Positions 35,490-45,179 of a DNA stretch of 64,000 bases are shown here, in pieces. Origin of the DNA: an uncultured Clostridia bacterium (GTDB taxonomy: Bacteria > Bacillota > Clostridia > Christensenellales > Aristaeellaceae); NCBI GenBank assembly GCA_934647305.1, contig CAKUFI010000003.1:7915-71914 (forward strand), in the 5' to 3' direction. The translations under genes and the position numbers were made by a program. The first letter of the stretch is position 1. Every line of letters starts with the position of its first letter. The notes beneath the pieces were generated by a model. That model saw nothing but the letters and a program-made list of their open reading frames with translations, did not search any database and was not told where the DNA came from.

Positions 35490-36392
35490 CTATCCCTTGA
35501 CCGCGCCCAGGGTCATGCCCTTGACGTAGTACTTCTGAAGGAACGGGTAGACCAGTATGATGGGCAGCGACGAGGCCACGACGCACGCGCCCTGCACGCA
35601 CTCGGTCTGCATGCCCTCGTAGAGTTCGTCCATGCCGGCGTTCATCTCGGCGCTCTGGGTATTGACCAGCACCTCGCGCAGGTAGATCTGCAGCGTGGCC
35701 ATATCGCGCCGGTTGATGTAAAGCAGGGCGTTAAAGAAGGTGTTCCAGTAGCCCACCGCGCAGAACAGGCCGATCGTGGCCAGCGAGGGCAGCATCAGCG
35801 GCAGCACGATCGAGAACAGCGTGCGCATCTGGCTCGCGCCGTCGATCATGGCCGACTCGAGCAGCGCCTCGGGCAGGCCGTCGATGTAATTGCGCATCAG
35901 CACGACGTTGTACGCGCTGACCAGGTTCGGCAGGATAAGCGCCCACATCGAGTCGATCAGTCCGGCCTGGGAGACCGCCAGATACGTGGGAATCATGCCG
36001 CCGCCAAAGAGCATGGTGATGAGGTAGCCCAGCATGATGACGCGGCTGCCGGGCATGTCCCGCCGGGACACGGCGTAGGCCACGAACACGGTCAGCGCCA
36101 GGTTGAGCACCGTACCCACGACGGTAATCAGCGCGGTAAAGCCGATGGCGCGCGTGAAGCGGGCGCTGTGCAGCACGTAGGCGTAGGAGCTGAGCGTAAA
36201 GTCGATCGGCCAGACGCCCAGCACGCGCCCCGCGGACACCACCGCGCTGCCCGAGAGCGACTTGGCCACCAGGTTCAGGTAGGGGTACAGGCAGGCGACG
36301 CCCATCAGCGTGATCATCGCCATGCACACGCCGTAGAACACGCGGTCGCCCAGGCGTTCCCGCAGGCCCCGCTTCTTTTTCGCGTTTACCAT
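35490..36392 (-). CDS. Carbohydrate ABC transporter permease (LplC-like)
   Basis: EAA-type loop ESAMIDGASQMRTLFSIVLPLMLP. 7-nt overlap with the upstream permease. Confidence 0.85.
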   Translation of the reverse strand: MVNAKKKRGLRERLGDRVFYGVCMAMITLMGVACLYPYLNLVAKSLSGSAVVSAGRVLGVWPIDFTLSSYAYVLHSARFTRAIGFTALITVVGTVLNLALTVFVAYAVSRRDMPGSRVIMLGYLITMLFGGGMIPTYLAVSQAGLIDSMWALILPNLVSAYNVVLMRNYIDGLPEALLESAMIDGASQMRTLFSIVLPLMLPSLATIGLFCAVGYWNTFFNALLYINRRDMATLQIYLREVLVNTQSAEMNAGMDELYEGMQTECVQGACVVASSLPIILVYPFLQKYYVKGMTLGAVKG

Positions 36393-37318
36393 ATGCCTCT
36401 CTCCCCCATCATGTGCGCGATTTTGTTGGTAATCAATATCAGGATCATGCCGATGCCCGACTGGAACAGGCCGGCCGCCGTGGTGTAGCTGTACTGCATC
36501 TTGCCGATGCCCTGCCGGTACAGGTAGGTGCCCAGCACGTCGCCCACGTCGTAAACCGCCTCGTTATAGAACATCAGCACGTGGGTCACGTCGTCGCTCA
36601 TGATCGAGCCCAGGCGCAGGATCAGCAGCACGATCACCGTCGAGCGAATGCCCGGCAAGGTGACGTGGCGCATGCGCTGAAGCCTTGTCGCGCCGTCCAC
36701 CACCGCCGCCTCATACAGGCTCGGGTCAATCGCCGTGATGGCCGCCAGGATGACGATCGTGTTCCAGCCGGTGTTCTTCCAGATGTCTGAAATCACCAGG
36801 ATGGCGCGGAAGTACCGCGGCGTGGTCAGAAAGACCTGGCTCTGCCCGCCCAGCGCCACGATCAGCTGATTGATGATCCCGCGCATCGACAGCAGGTTGT
36901 TGAAAATCGCGTACACGATGACCCAGGACAGAAAGTGCGGCAGGTAGGATACCGTCTGAATCACGCGCTTGTAGCCCAGGTTCGCGCACTCGTTGAGCAT
37001 CAGTCCGAAGATCACGTTCATCGGAAAGGCGAACAGCAGCATCAGGAAGTTGATCGAGAGCGTGTTGCTCAGCACCTGCAAAAACTTCGGCGTGCGGAAC
37101 AGCTTCTCAAACCACTTCAGGCCCACCCAGGTGCTGCCCCAGATGCCCTTGAGAATCTTGTAGTCCCGAAAGGCGATCTGCACGCCGTACATCGGGTAAA
37201 ACTTGAAGTAAATCAGCACCGCCAGCGCGGGCAGTATCAGCAGGTAAATCTGCCAGTACTTGCGAAAACGCACCCACACGCTCTTCTGCCCGGCGGAAAG
37301 GGAATGTGTTTTTGCCAT
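36386..37318 (-). CDS. Carbohydrate ABC transporter permease (LplB-like)
   Basis: AAITAIDPSLYEAAVVDGATRLQRMRHVTLPGI motif. AAGGAGG SD before ATG at 37318; the track ORF N-terminal extension lies in a repeat. Confidence 0.85.
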   Translation of the reverse strand: MAKTHSLSAGQKSVWVRFRKYWQIYLLILPALAVLIYFKFYPMYGVQIAFRDYKILKGIWGSTWVGLKWFEKLFRTPKFLQVLSNTLSINFLMLLFAFPMNVIFGLMLNECANLGYKRVIQTVSYLPHFLSWVIVYAIFNNLLSMRGIINQLIVALGGQSQVFLTTPRYFRAILVISDIWKNTGWNTIVILAAITAIDPSLYEAAVVDGATRLQRMRHVTLPGIRSTVIVLLILRLGSIMSDDVTHVLMFYNEAVYDVGDVLGTYLYRQGIGKMQYSYTTAAGLFQSGIGMILILITNKIAHMMGERGIW

Positions 37319-37327
37319 GAGAACCTC

Positions 37328-37450
37328 CTTATTGTTGGGGGAACGTTCGAGAGGCGGCCTTTCTGAGAAAGGCCCCTCTCGAGCTCTCCCGGAAAGCACT
37401 TTGATCCGCGCAAGGAATCACCGAAAGAAACGTAATTCCCCGAATGCAGG
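37328..37450. repeat. Family B unit (GGGAACGTTCGAGAGGCGGCCTTTCTGAGAAAGGCCCCTCTCGAGCTCTCCCGGAAAGCACTTTGATCCGCGCAAGGAATCACCGAAAGAAACGTAATTCCCCGAATGCAGGCGCTGC)
   Basis: About 95% identical over the hairpin and GGAAAGCACTTTGATCCGC segment to 58570-58620; CCCCGAATGC tail conserved at 58650-58690. Confidence 0.6.
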
Positions 37451-37487
37451 CGCTGCAAAAGTCGCATTAAGCAGACATTCCACAGTT

Positions 37488-38462
37488 TTATCTCACCTTC
37501 AGTACGACCTTCCCGGTACTTTCGCCGCGCTCGAGCAGCTCGTGCGCCCTGCGCGCCTCCTCAATGGGGAAGACGCGGCAGACGGTGGGCACGATTTCGC
37601 CCGACTCGATCCTGGGCCAGACGTCGCGCACCAGTCGCGCGAGCAGCTCGGTCTTTTCGCGCACGGAGCGCTTCCTGAGCATGCTGCCCTTGAGCATTAC
37701 GCCGCGGGTGAGCAGCGCGCGCAGGGGGATGGTCGCGGTCACGCCGTCCAGCGTGGAGATGAGCACCCAGCGGCAGCCCTCGTTCACGTTCGGCAGCGCG
37801 CGTGCGATGGTCTCGCCCCCCAGGCAGTCCACCGCCACGTCGACCGGATGGCCTTCCCCGGCCTGCGCCGCGAGCACCTCCGCCGCGTCCTCGCGGGAGG
37901 AATCGATCACCACGTCGGCGCGCAGGTGCGCAATCTGCGCCTTTTTCTCGGCGGAGAGCACCGAGGTAATGACGTACGCGCCGAACGCCTTCGCCATCGG
38001 AATGCCCACGCTGGCCAGGCCGCTCGCCCCGGCCGGGAAGAACAGCGTTTCGCCCGGGCGCAGTCCGCCCTCGTAAAACAGGTTCAGGTAGCAGGTGGCG
38101 TAGGCCTCGGGCAGCGCGGCCGCGCTCTCAAACGACAGCCCCTTCGGAATGGGCATCAGCATGCCCTCGGGCACGCAGACCTTCTCGGCATAGCCACCCC
38201 CGCCCAGCAGCGCGCACACGCGGTCGCCCGCCCTGAAGCGGGATACGCCCTCGCCCAGCGCGGTCACGACCCCCGCCACCTCCAGCCCCATCCAGGGCGG
38301 ACAGCCCTTCGGCGAGGGGTAGGTTCCCCTGCGCTGCAGAATGTCCGCGCGGTTTACGCCCGCGGCGTGGATTTCCACCAGCGCCTCGCCCGCCGCCGGA
38401 ACCGGATCGGGCACCTCGCTCCAGACCAGGTTCTCTTCGCCCGTCACAAGCATCGCCTTCAT
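37488..38462 (-). CDS. NAD(P)H:quinone oxidoreductase, MDR (zinc-free alcohol dehydrogenase-like) family
   Basis: Qor/PIG3-like: AAGVNRADILQRRGTYP, GASGLASVGIPMAKAFGA nucleotide-binding motif. Confidence 0.8.
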   Translation of the reverse strand: MKAMLVTGEENLVWSEVPDPVPAAGEALVEIHAAGVNRADILQRRGTYPSPKGCPPWMGLEVAGVVTALGEGVSRFRAGDRVCALLGGGGYAEKVCVPEGMLMPIPKGLSFESAAALPEAYATCYLNLFYEGGLRPGETLFFPAGASGLASVGIPMAKAFGAYVITSVLSAEKKAQIAHLRADVVIDSSREDAAEVLAAQAGEGHPVDVAVDCLGGETIARALPNVNEGCRWVLISTLDGVTATIPLRALLTRGVMLKGSMLRKRSVREKTELLARLVRDVWPRIESGEIVPTVCRVFPIEEARRAHELLERGESTGKVVLKVR

Positions 38463-38463
38463 A

Positions 38464-39216
38464 TCAGTCCGTTCCTTTCATGGCCAGGCTGCGTCCGCCG
38501 TCCACGGCGTAGGTCTGACCGGTCACAAAGCGCGCCTCGTCGCTGGCCAGGAACAGCACGACGTGCGCCACGTCCTCCGCCGTGCAGCGAATGCCCAGGA
38601 AGTTGGTATGCACCGCGTCGGTCGTCTCGCCCGGGCGCTGCACGATGCCCGGCGCGACGGTGTTCACGGTAATGCCGCAGGGCGCGAGCTCCTTGCACAG
38701 CGAGCGGGTCATGGCGATCAGGCCGCCCTTCGACGCCGCGTATTCCACGCACCCGCGCAGGCCCTCCAGCGCCACCACCGAGGAAATGTTCACGATGCGG
38801 CCGCCCTCGCCCTGCCGCACCATCTCGCGCGCCGCCGCCCGGCTGGCGTAAATGCCGCCCAGCAGGTTCACGCCCAGCACCGACTGAATCACCTCGTCCG
38901 TCTGCTCGATCAGCGGCTTCATGGCGCTTCTGGCGCTGCCGCCGGCCGCGTGCACCAGGATGTCCATCCGGCCGAACGCGGTAACCGCCCGCTCCATCGC
39001 CCGATCGACGCTCGCCGAGTCCGTCACATTGCAGGCGACGGCAATCGCCCGTCCGCCCGCCTCATCAATCTCGCGCACCGTGCGCATCGCGGTCTCCTCG
39101 TTCAGGTCGCATACCGCCACGCACGCGCCCTCCTTCGCCAGCATTTTCGCGATCGTGCCGCCGATATAGCCGCCCGCGCCGGTCACAAACGCCGCCTTGC
39201 CCGTAAAACGATTCAT
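38464..39216 (-). CDS. SDR family oxidoreductase
   Basis: TGAGGYIGG Rossmann motif. Catalytic region with YAASKGG (Y-x3-K). Confidence 0.85.
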   Translation of the reverse strand: MNRFTGKAAFVTGAGGYIGGTIAKMLAKEGACVAVCDLNEETAMRTVREIDEAGGRAIAVACNVTDSASVDRAMERAVTAFGRMDILVHAAGGSARSAMKPLIEQTDEVIQSVLGVNLLGGIYASRAAAREMVRQGEGGRIVNISSVVALEGLRGCVEYAASKGGLIAMTRSLCKELAPCGITVNTVAPGIVQRPGETTDAVHTNFLGIRCTAEDVAHVVLFLASDEARFVTGQTYAVDGGRSLAMKGTD

Positions 39217-39218
39217 GC

Positions 39219-40241
39219 TCACGCCTCCTCAATCGAAACGCCGCAGGCGCGCAGCAGCGTGCGCTCCACGGCCAGTTCATAGTCGTAATCAAAGGGATTC
39301 TCATGCTCGCCGCGGACAATCCGCGCGAAGTCGATCAGCTGCGCGTCATAGCGCCCGCCGTTCGGGGGCAGCTCGAGGAATCTGCGCGAGTCCGGATGGC
39401 CGTTGGTGTGGATTTCCCCGCCGATAAACGGCTCGGTCATCGCCACCGACATGCGCGTGGGCCGCTCCAGCGGCTTGATCTCGACCGTACCCCCGGTGCC
39501 GCACACCACCAGCTGGCGGCGGTAGTAGCCGTTGGCCTCCATCGAGGTGCAGCGCACGGTGCAGCTGGCGCGCGGATAGGTCAGCACCGCCAGGCCGTTG
39601 TCCACGCAGCTCGCCGCCTCGGGAAAGCTGTTTTTGTTGACCGGAATCACCGTCTCCGGCTCGCCCAGCATGTATACGATCAGGTCGATCAGGTGCGAGC
39701 CAAAGATGTACATATCGCCGCCCTGAAACCTCGAGAGCCACTGCCGGTACACCGCCGGATGACTGCTCGACATCTGCGCGTCAATCTCGAAAATCTCGCC
39801 CAGCTCGCCCGAGCGCACCATGTCCAGGCAGCGGCGGATGTAGGGATTATAGCGATACATATAGGCCATCTGGAAGGCCCTGTTTTTGCCGCGCAGCGTC
39901 TCAACCAGATACCTGAAGGCCGCGTAGTCCTCCCCGCCCGGCTTGTCCATATGCACGTGCAGCCCGCGCTCGGCGCACCGAATGGCCGCCTGGGTAATCC
40001 GGGGCACGTCGGTTTCAACGCACACTGCCTCCAGGCCGGGAAGACTGAGCAGCTCCTCCTCGCTCATGAAGGGCAGACCCCGGTACATCGGCAGGCCGCG
40101 CCGCTTTTCAAGCCAGACCGGGTCATCCTCAGCCACGCCCATGACCTCGAAGTACTCCGGGAAGCGCCGCAGGGTATCCATCGTCGCGTCGCCGTGGTTG
40201 TGTCCGATGCCCAGCTGGGCAATTTTGATCGGTTGAAACAT
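39219..40241 (-). CDS. Gfo/Idh/MocA family oxidoreductase
   Basis: N-terminal IKIAQLGIGHNHG Rossmann. Family-typical EKP-less C-terminal domain. GGAGG SD before ATG 40241. Confidence 0.8.
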   Translation of the reverse strand: MFQPIKIAQLGIGHNHGDATMDTLRRFPEYFEVMGVAEDDPVWLEKRRGLPMYRGLPFMSEEELLSLPGLEAVCVETDVPRITQAAIRCAERGLHVHMDKPGGEDYAAFRYLVETLRGKNRAFQMAYMYRYNPYIRRCLDMVRSGELGEIFEIDAQMSSSHPAVYRQWLSRFQGGDMYIFGSHLIDLIVYMLGEPETVIPVNKNSFPEAASCVDNGLAVLTYPRASCTVRCTSMEANGYYRRQLVVCGTGGTVEIKPLERPTRMSVAMTEPFIGGEIHTNGHPDSRRFLELPPNGGRYDAQLIDFARIVRGEHENPFDYDYELAVERTLLRACGVSIEEA

Positions 40242-40437
40242 CACTTTGTCCTCCGGTAATGTCCGTGTGAATTTTGCTTCTCTATTTTAGCCGGAATGCG
40301 GCAAAATTGTAAATGTGCTCAGTGAGCGACTTGTGCTTTTCGATACAGAAATCAGAGCCTTCCGGCAGGGATTTCACCCCCGGCGCAGAAATAGTGAATC
40401 GAAAAGCACAAATCGTTCGAAAAGGAGCGGCCGTCTG

Positions 40438-41256
40438 ATGAACACGAACATCTTTTCCGAGATCATTGTCACCGGCATACAGCAAATCTGCCGCGTGAAT
40501 TTTTCCATTCCTTCAGATTCCGGACACGGATGCAAAATGAATCGACCGTATGCGGCGCTGTACATGAAAATGCAGGGGCGAACCACCTACCGAAACGACC
40601 AGGGCGTGTTTCTGAGCGACCCGGAGCACATCGTCTTTCTGCCCAAGGGCTGCTCCTATCGGGTGAACTTCGAGGAATTCGGTGAATGCTACCTTGTGGA
40701 ATTCGATACTGAGCAGCAGGGCACGGACATCCTGTCCATACCGATCGAAAACCGCGACTCGCTGGTGCATCATTTAACGCGCCTTGAGAACCTGTGGCTG
40801 TTCCGGCGGCCGAGCTACCTGCCCCGGGCGATGGCGGAGCTGTACAGCATGCTGGTCAAGCTGGACGAGCTGACCAACTCGGCTTACATCCCCTCCGAAA
40901 AGTTTCGCCTGATCCGCCCGGCCATGGACTACCTGGAGGCGCACTACGACGATCCCAGCCTGCGCGTGGAGCAGCTCGCCGCCCTCTCCGGCGTGTCCGA
41001 CGCGTACTTTCGGCGGCTGTTCCGCGCGGTGTACCACGTCTCGCCGGTGCAGTACCTGCGCTCGGTGCGCGTGAGCCGGGCCAGGTCGCTGCTGTCCGTC
41101 GAGTACAGCTCGATGGAAGAGGTCGCGCGGCAGGCCGGCTTCTCCAGCGTCTATCACTTCTCCAGGACCTTTCACCTGCTCACCGGCCAGACCCCCAGCT
41201 CCTTCGCCGCCGCCCATCGAGCCGAGGACGTGCGGAACAATGCGGCAAAAGAATGA
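40438..41256 (+). CDS. AraC family transcriptional regulator (cupin N-domain + HTH), divergent from the oxidoreductase/ABC operon
   Basis: C-terminal LAALSGVSDAYFRRLFRAVYHVSPVQYLRSVRVSRARSLL...SSVYHFSRTFHLLTGQTPSSF. Confidence 0.8.
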   Translation: MNTNIFSEIIVTGIQQICRVNFSIPSDSGHGCKMNRPYAALYMKMQGRTTYRNDQGVFLSDPEHIVFLPKGCSYRVNFEEFGECYLVEFDTEQQGTDILSIPIENRDSLVHHLTRLENLWLFRRPSYLPRAMAELYSMLVKLDELTNSAYIPSEKFRLIRPAMDYLEAHYDDPSLRVEQLAALSGVSDAYFRRLFRAVYHVSPVQYLRSVRVSRARSLLSVEYSSMEEVARQAGFSSVYHFSRTFHLLTGQTPSSFAAAHRAEDVRNNAAKE

Positions 41257-41260
41257 ATTA

Positions 41261-41287
41261 TTAGCACTCTCGTGTGTTGAGTGCCAA
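41261..41287 (+). promoter_or_regulatory. CIRCE-like HrcA operator TTAGCACTC-N9-GAGTGCCAA upstream of the htpG promoter
   Basis: Matches the CIRCE consensus TTAGCACTC-N9-GAGTGCTAA with one mismatch. About 8 nt upstream of the -35. Confidence 0.55.
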
Positions 41288-41294
41288 AAAGTGC

Positions 41295-41323
41295 TTGACA
41301 AACGCCTCCTGACGGATTACAAT
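41295..41323 (+). promoter_or_regulatory. Promoter TTGACA-17-TACAAT for htpG
   Basis: Sequence inspection. AGGAGG SD before ATG 41357. Confidence 0.5.
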
Positions 41324-41356
41324 ATGTAATAGTTTCAAGATCAGGAGGTTTTGATC

Positions 41357-43222
41357 ATGGAAAAAGGTACTATTTCGATTAACGCCCAGAATATCATGCC
41401 GGTCATCAAGAAGTGGCTGTATTCTGACAAGGATATTTTCGTCCGCGAGATCGTCTCAAACGCCTGCGACGCCATCTCCAAGTATAAGCTGCTGGCTCAG
41501 GCAGGCAAGGCCCCGGCCGATACCTACCGCGTGGACGTGATCGCCGACAAGCAGGCTGGCACGCTCACCGTGTCCGATAACGGCGTCGGCATGACTGCCG
41601 AGGAGGTCAAAAAGTACATCGCGCAGGTGGCTTTCTCCGGCGCGGAGGAATTTCTGAAGCAGTATAAGCCCGAGGAGGGCGACAAGGGCGGCATCATCGG
41701 CCACTTCGGCCTGGGCTTCTACAGCGCGTTCATGGTCTCGAAGAAGGTCACGGTGGACACGCTGTCCTGGCAGGAGGGCGCTCAGGCTGCCCTGTGGACC
41801 AGCGAGGACGGCATGGAGTATGAAATGTCGGCCGGCACGCGCACTTCCCGCGGCACCACCATCACCATGTACCTGAACGACGAGGATAAGGAATTCCTCG
41901 ACCTGTACACGCTCACCGGCGTGCTGGAAAAGTACTGCGCGTTCATGCCCACGCCCATCTTCGTGCGCGAGGTCAAGCCGGAACCGGCCGAGGGCGAGGA
42001 AAAAAAGGACGAAACCGCCGAGGACAAGCTGGAAAAGGAGCCGCAGCAGGTCAATGACACCTCTCCCCTGTGGCTCAAGAAGCCCAGCGAGTGCACCGAG
42101 GAGGAGTACCGCGAGTTCTATCACAAGGTCTTCCACGACTTTGAGGAGCCGCTGTTCTGGATCCACCTCAACGCCGAGTACCCGTTCAACCTGAAGGGCA
42201 TCCTGTACTTCCCGAAGATCAAGAACGAGTTCTCCGCCTCCGAGGGCCAGGTCAAGCTGTACAGCAACCAGGTGTTCGTGGCCGACAACATCAAGGAGAT
42301 CATCCCCGAGTTCCTGCTGCTGCTCAAGGGCGTGGTGGACTGCCCCGACCTGCCGCTCAACGTCTCGCGCTCCTTCCTGCAGAACGACGGCTACGTCAAG
42401 AAGCTGTCCGGCTACATCACCCGCAAGGTCGCCGACCGCCTGACCACCGAGTTCAACACCCATCGGGAGGACTACCAGCGCTACTGGGACGACATCCATC
42501 CCTTCGTCAAGTACGGCTGCATCCGCGACGAGAAGTTCTATGACCGCGTCAAGGACGTCATCCTGTTCAAGACCACCGACGGCGAATACCTGACCCTGAA
42601 GGAATACGGCGACAGGGCCTTCGACGGCGACAAGAAGATCGTCTTCTACGCCAGCGACCCGCAGCGCCAGGCACAGATGATCAAGCTGTACACCGACAGC
42701 GGCAAGCCGGTCGTGCTGCTGGACACGATGATCGACAACAACTTTATCAGCTTCATGGAGTACTCCGGCAAGAACGAGGTCACCTTCCGCCGCGTGGACG
42801 CGAGCATGGAGGGTCTGACCGAGGACGGCGCGGAAAAGAACGAGGAAACGCGCGCCGCGCTCGAAGCGCTCTTCCGCAAGGCGCTCTCTGACGAGCAGCT
42901 GAGCGTGCAGATGGAGCAGTTCAAGTCCAGTGAGATGCCCGCGATGATCACCGTCGAGGAGCAGAGCCGCCGCTTCACCGAGATGTCCAGAGCCTGGGGC
43001 GGCAGCTACAACCTGCCCGAGAAGCGCACGCTGGTGCTCAACGCCGCGCATCCGCTGATCAAGTACCTCGAAACCGCCGACGCGGAGGCCGAGCTGACCA
43101 GGGACGTGTGCGAGCAGGTCGCCGACCTGGCCGAGATGTCCCGCCAGACGCTCTCGCCCGAGCGCATGGTCGCCTTCCTGGCGCGCAGCAACAAGCTGCT
43201 CACCGAGCTGGCGCAGAAGTAA
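41357..43222 (+). CDS. htpG: Molecular chaperone HtpG (Hsp90)
   Basis: N-terminal ATPase motif LYSDKDIFVREIVSNACDAISK and GHFGLGFYSAFMVS. 622 aa. Confidence 0.95.
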   Translation: MEKGTISINAQNIMPVIKKWLYSDKDIFVREIVSNACDAISKYKLLAQAGKAPADTYRVDVIADKQAGTLTVSDNGVGMTAEEVKKYIAQVAFSGAEEFLKQYKPEEGDKGGIIGHFGLGFYSAFMVSKKVTVDTLSWQEGAQAALWTSEDGMEYEMSAGTRTSRGTTITMYLNDEDKEFLDLYTLTGVLEKYCAFMPTPIFVREVKPEPAEGEEKKDETAEDKLEKEPQQVNDTSPLWLKKPSECTEEEYREFYHKVFHDFEEPLFWIHLNAEYPFNLKGILYFPKIKNEFSASEGQVKLYSNQVFVADNIKEIIPEFLLLLKGVVDCPDLPLNVSRSFLQNDGYVKKLSGYITRKVADRLTTEFNTHREDYQRYWDDIHPFVKYGCIRDEKFYDRVKDVILFKTTDGEYLTLKEYGDRAFDGDKKIVFYASDPQRQAQMIKLYTDSGKPVVLLDTMIDNNFISFMEYSGKNEVTFRRVDASMEGLTEDGAEKNEETRAALEALFRKALSDEQLSVQMEQFKSSEMPAMITVEEQSRRFTEMSRAWGGSYNLPEKRTLVLNAAHPLIKYLETADAEAELTRDVCEQVADLAEMSRQTLSPERMVAFLARSNKLLTELAQK

Positions 43223-43339
43223 CGCATCATCAGAAATTCCCCTCAGGCAATATGCCCGAGGGGAATTCGCGTATCCGGAAAGCCGCAAGGCAGTCCCCGC
43301 ACCCCTCCCCTCACGCGTCCTGACAGACTCTCGTCTGTC

Positions 43340-43500
43340 AGACGCTCCCGGGCGGCCGCAGCCGCCCGTAAAATGCGATTTCCCCCAGGAAATCGCTGCC
43401 TTGCAGCCCCGTTGGGGCTGTGGGTGGGGTCTGGGGAGGCGCGGACGTTCAGGCCGCCCTCCCCAGCAAACCGGGCCGCGGCAGCAAAGCTGTCGCGGCC
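43340..43500. repeat. Family C structured repeat, copy 2 (immediately 3' of htpG)
   Basis: See copy 1 at 23318-23470. Confidence 0.7.
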
Positions 43501-43536
43501 CGGCGTTCCCTGGGTAGAATCGCTATATTTCTCTCA

Positions 43537-45168
43537 TTACCTCTCTACCCGCAGCACGCAGCCATGAGTAAAGACAGGCAGCTCGATTCCATCCGGCGTA
43601 AGGCGGGCGGGTGCGCGCCGTTCGTTCATAAGCCACCAGGTCTCAACCGCCCTGCCTGAAAAGGGCAATGTCGCGCCTTCGATGGGCACGGTTTCTGCGC
43701 CGTCGCGCAGCGCGTGATCCCAGCGGTCGGCGCGATTGCGCACGTAAATCAGCGTATGCCTGTCGCCCTCAAGCGCGAAGACATAGAGCCCGTCCGTGTG
43801 CCGCACAGTCGGCCTGAAGTGCTCCCGGTCGGCCTCAATCCCCTCGAGCATCTCGGCGAAGGGCCTGAAGTGCCGCCACAGGTTCTGCGGATCGACGTAG
43901 TACTCCCAGTGCCAGATGTGCCCGCTCGCGGCGGCTCCGGCGAAGAAGGGCGTATACGTCACGTCGTGGAAAATCAGACCGTCGTGGTCGCAGCAGTAAA
44001 ACCGGAACGGGCCAGTATGCCGGTCGTTGACTGCGCCGGTTTCGTTTAGCACGACCGGCTTGTGCTCGCACCGGAGCTGTTCAATGCCGTCGGCGGCCAG
44101 CGCGATCGGGTCGGTCCGGCAGATTTCCATTCCCGCGCCCTGATCGAGATACCTGTGCACCGTGGCGAAGTCATACTCAGGCGTGTCGCGATAGGCGCGC
44201 ATGCGCTCGATAAAGCCTTGCTCGTCATAGCTGCCCAGCGAGTTTGCGACCATGTTCCTCGGCGACCAGGCGCGCACCGCGCGCATCGTTCGCACGGCGA
44301 ACGCGTCGATGTGCTCAGGCCGTGCGTCCAGGCAGCTCATCTCGTTCCAGGCCTCCCAGGCGAAGACCGCCGGGTCGTTCTGATACCTTGCCACATAGGG
44401 GCGAATGTCCTCCAGATAGCGCGCGTTCCACTTCTCGCTGGTAAGCCATTCCTCCATATCGGTCAGCGGCTTTCCGGTCTCCGGGTCGATCAGCCGCTTC
44501 GTGAAGATCGGCCCGATGTCGCGGAAGCTGCGGAAGTGATCCAGGCACAGCTTCACCCGGATGCCGTACGCGCGCGCCAGCTCCATCACCGCGTCCAGGC
44601 GGTTGAATACGGCCAGGTCGTGCACGCCGGGCAGCTCGGTCCGCGCCTGAAAATAGGGCGTGGACAGCCACAGCCGGATATAGTTTCCGCCGTTTTCGCG
44701 CAGGTTTTTCAGCCAGCGCCGGTAGGAAATCATGCCGGTGCAGGCTTTTCCGTCGCCGGTGGCGAAGTGTCCGCGCCCGGCCGGCAGCGCGTCGTAGCGC
44801 AGGATGCAGGTATTCAGGCCGATCGGCACAAAGCAGCGTCCGTCGCTCGTGGCGAAATAGCGTCGGTCGCGCGCGCTCACCTGCACGTAGCCCGGATGGT
44901 CGGAGGGCAGGCACTCGAATTCGCCCCTTTCCTCTCCCGCCTCGTACCGGTACACGCCGGTCTCGATCGGGGTATAGCGGAACCGGCGGCACACCTCGCC
45001 CGTCACCTCGTCGCGCTCATAGCCGTGCGCGTCATAGACCAGGCGCGTGGGCAGGTAGTCGAAGGTCAGCGCCGTTTCAGCCTGACCGGAGGGCGTCACA
45101 ATGCGCGCCTGCTCGCAGCCCTTCGAGGCAGGCAGGTCGATTCGTCCATATCGTGAAACCGTCTGCAT
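43537..45168 (-). CDS. Glycoside hydrolase family 5-like (clan GH-A) enzyme, cytoplasmic
   Basis: AWEAWNEM (acid/base NE) and VLNETG (nucleophile-region) motifs. No signal peptide. Starts 11 nt after the GH10 stop (operon). Confidence 0.65.
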   Translation of the reverse strand: MQTVSRYGRIDLPASKGCEQARIVTPSGQAETALTFDYLPTRLVYDAHGYERDEVTGEVCRRFRYTPIETGVYRYEAGEERGEFECLPSDHPGYVQVSARDRRYFATSDGRCFVPIGLNTCILRYDALPAGRGHFATGDGKACTGMISYRRWLKNLRENGGNYIRLWLSTPYFQARTELPGVHDLAVFNRLDAVMELARAYGIRVKLCLDHFRSFRDIGPIFTKRLIDPETGKPLTDMEEWLTSEKWNARYLEDIRPYVARYQNDPAVFAWEAWNEMSCLDARPEHIDAFAVRTMRAVRAWSPRNMVANSLGSYDEQGFIERMRAYRDTPEYDFATVHRYLDQGAGMEICRTDPIALAADGIEQLRCEHKPVVLNETGAVNDRHTGPFRFYCCDHDGLIFHDVTYTPFFAGAAASGHIWHWEYYVDPQNLWRHFRPFAEMLEGIEADREHFRPTVRHTDGLYVFALEGDRHTLIYVRNRADRWDHALRDGAETVPIEGATLPFSGRAVETWWLMNERRAPARLTPDGIELPVFTHGCVLRVER

Positions 45169-45179
45169 GGCGCGTCACC

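Noticed and set aside
41456-43288. 610-aa minus-strand ORF
   Set aside because: Antisense to htpG.
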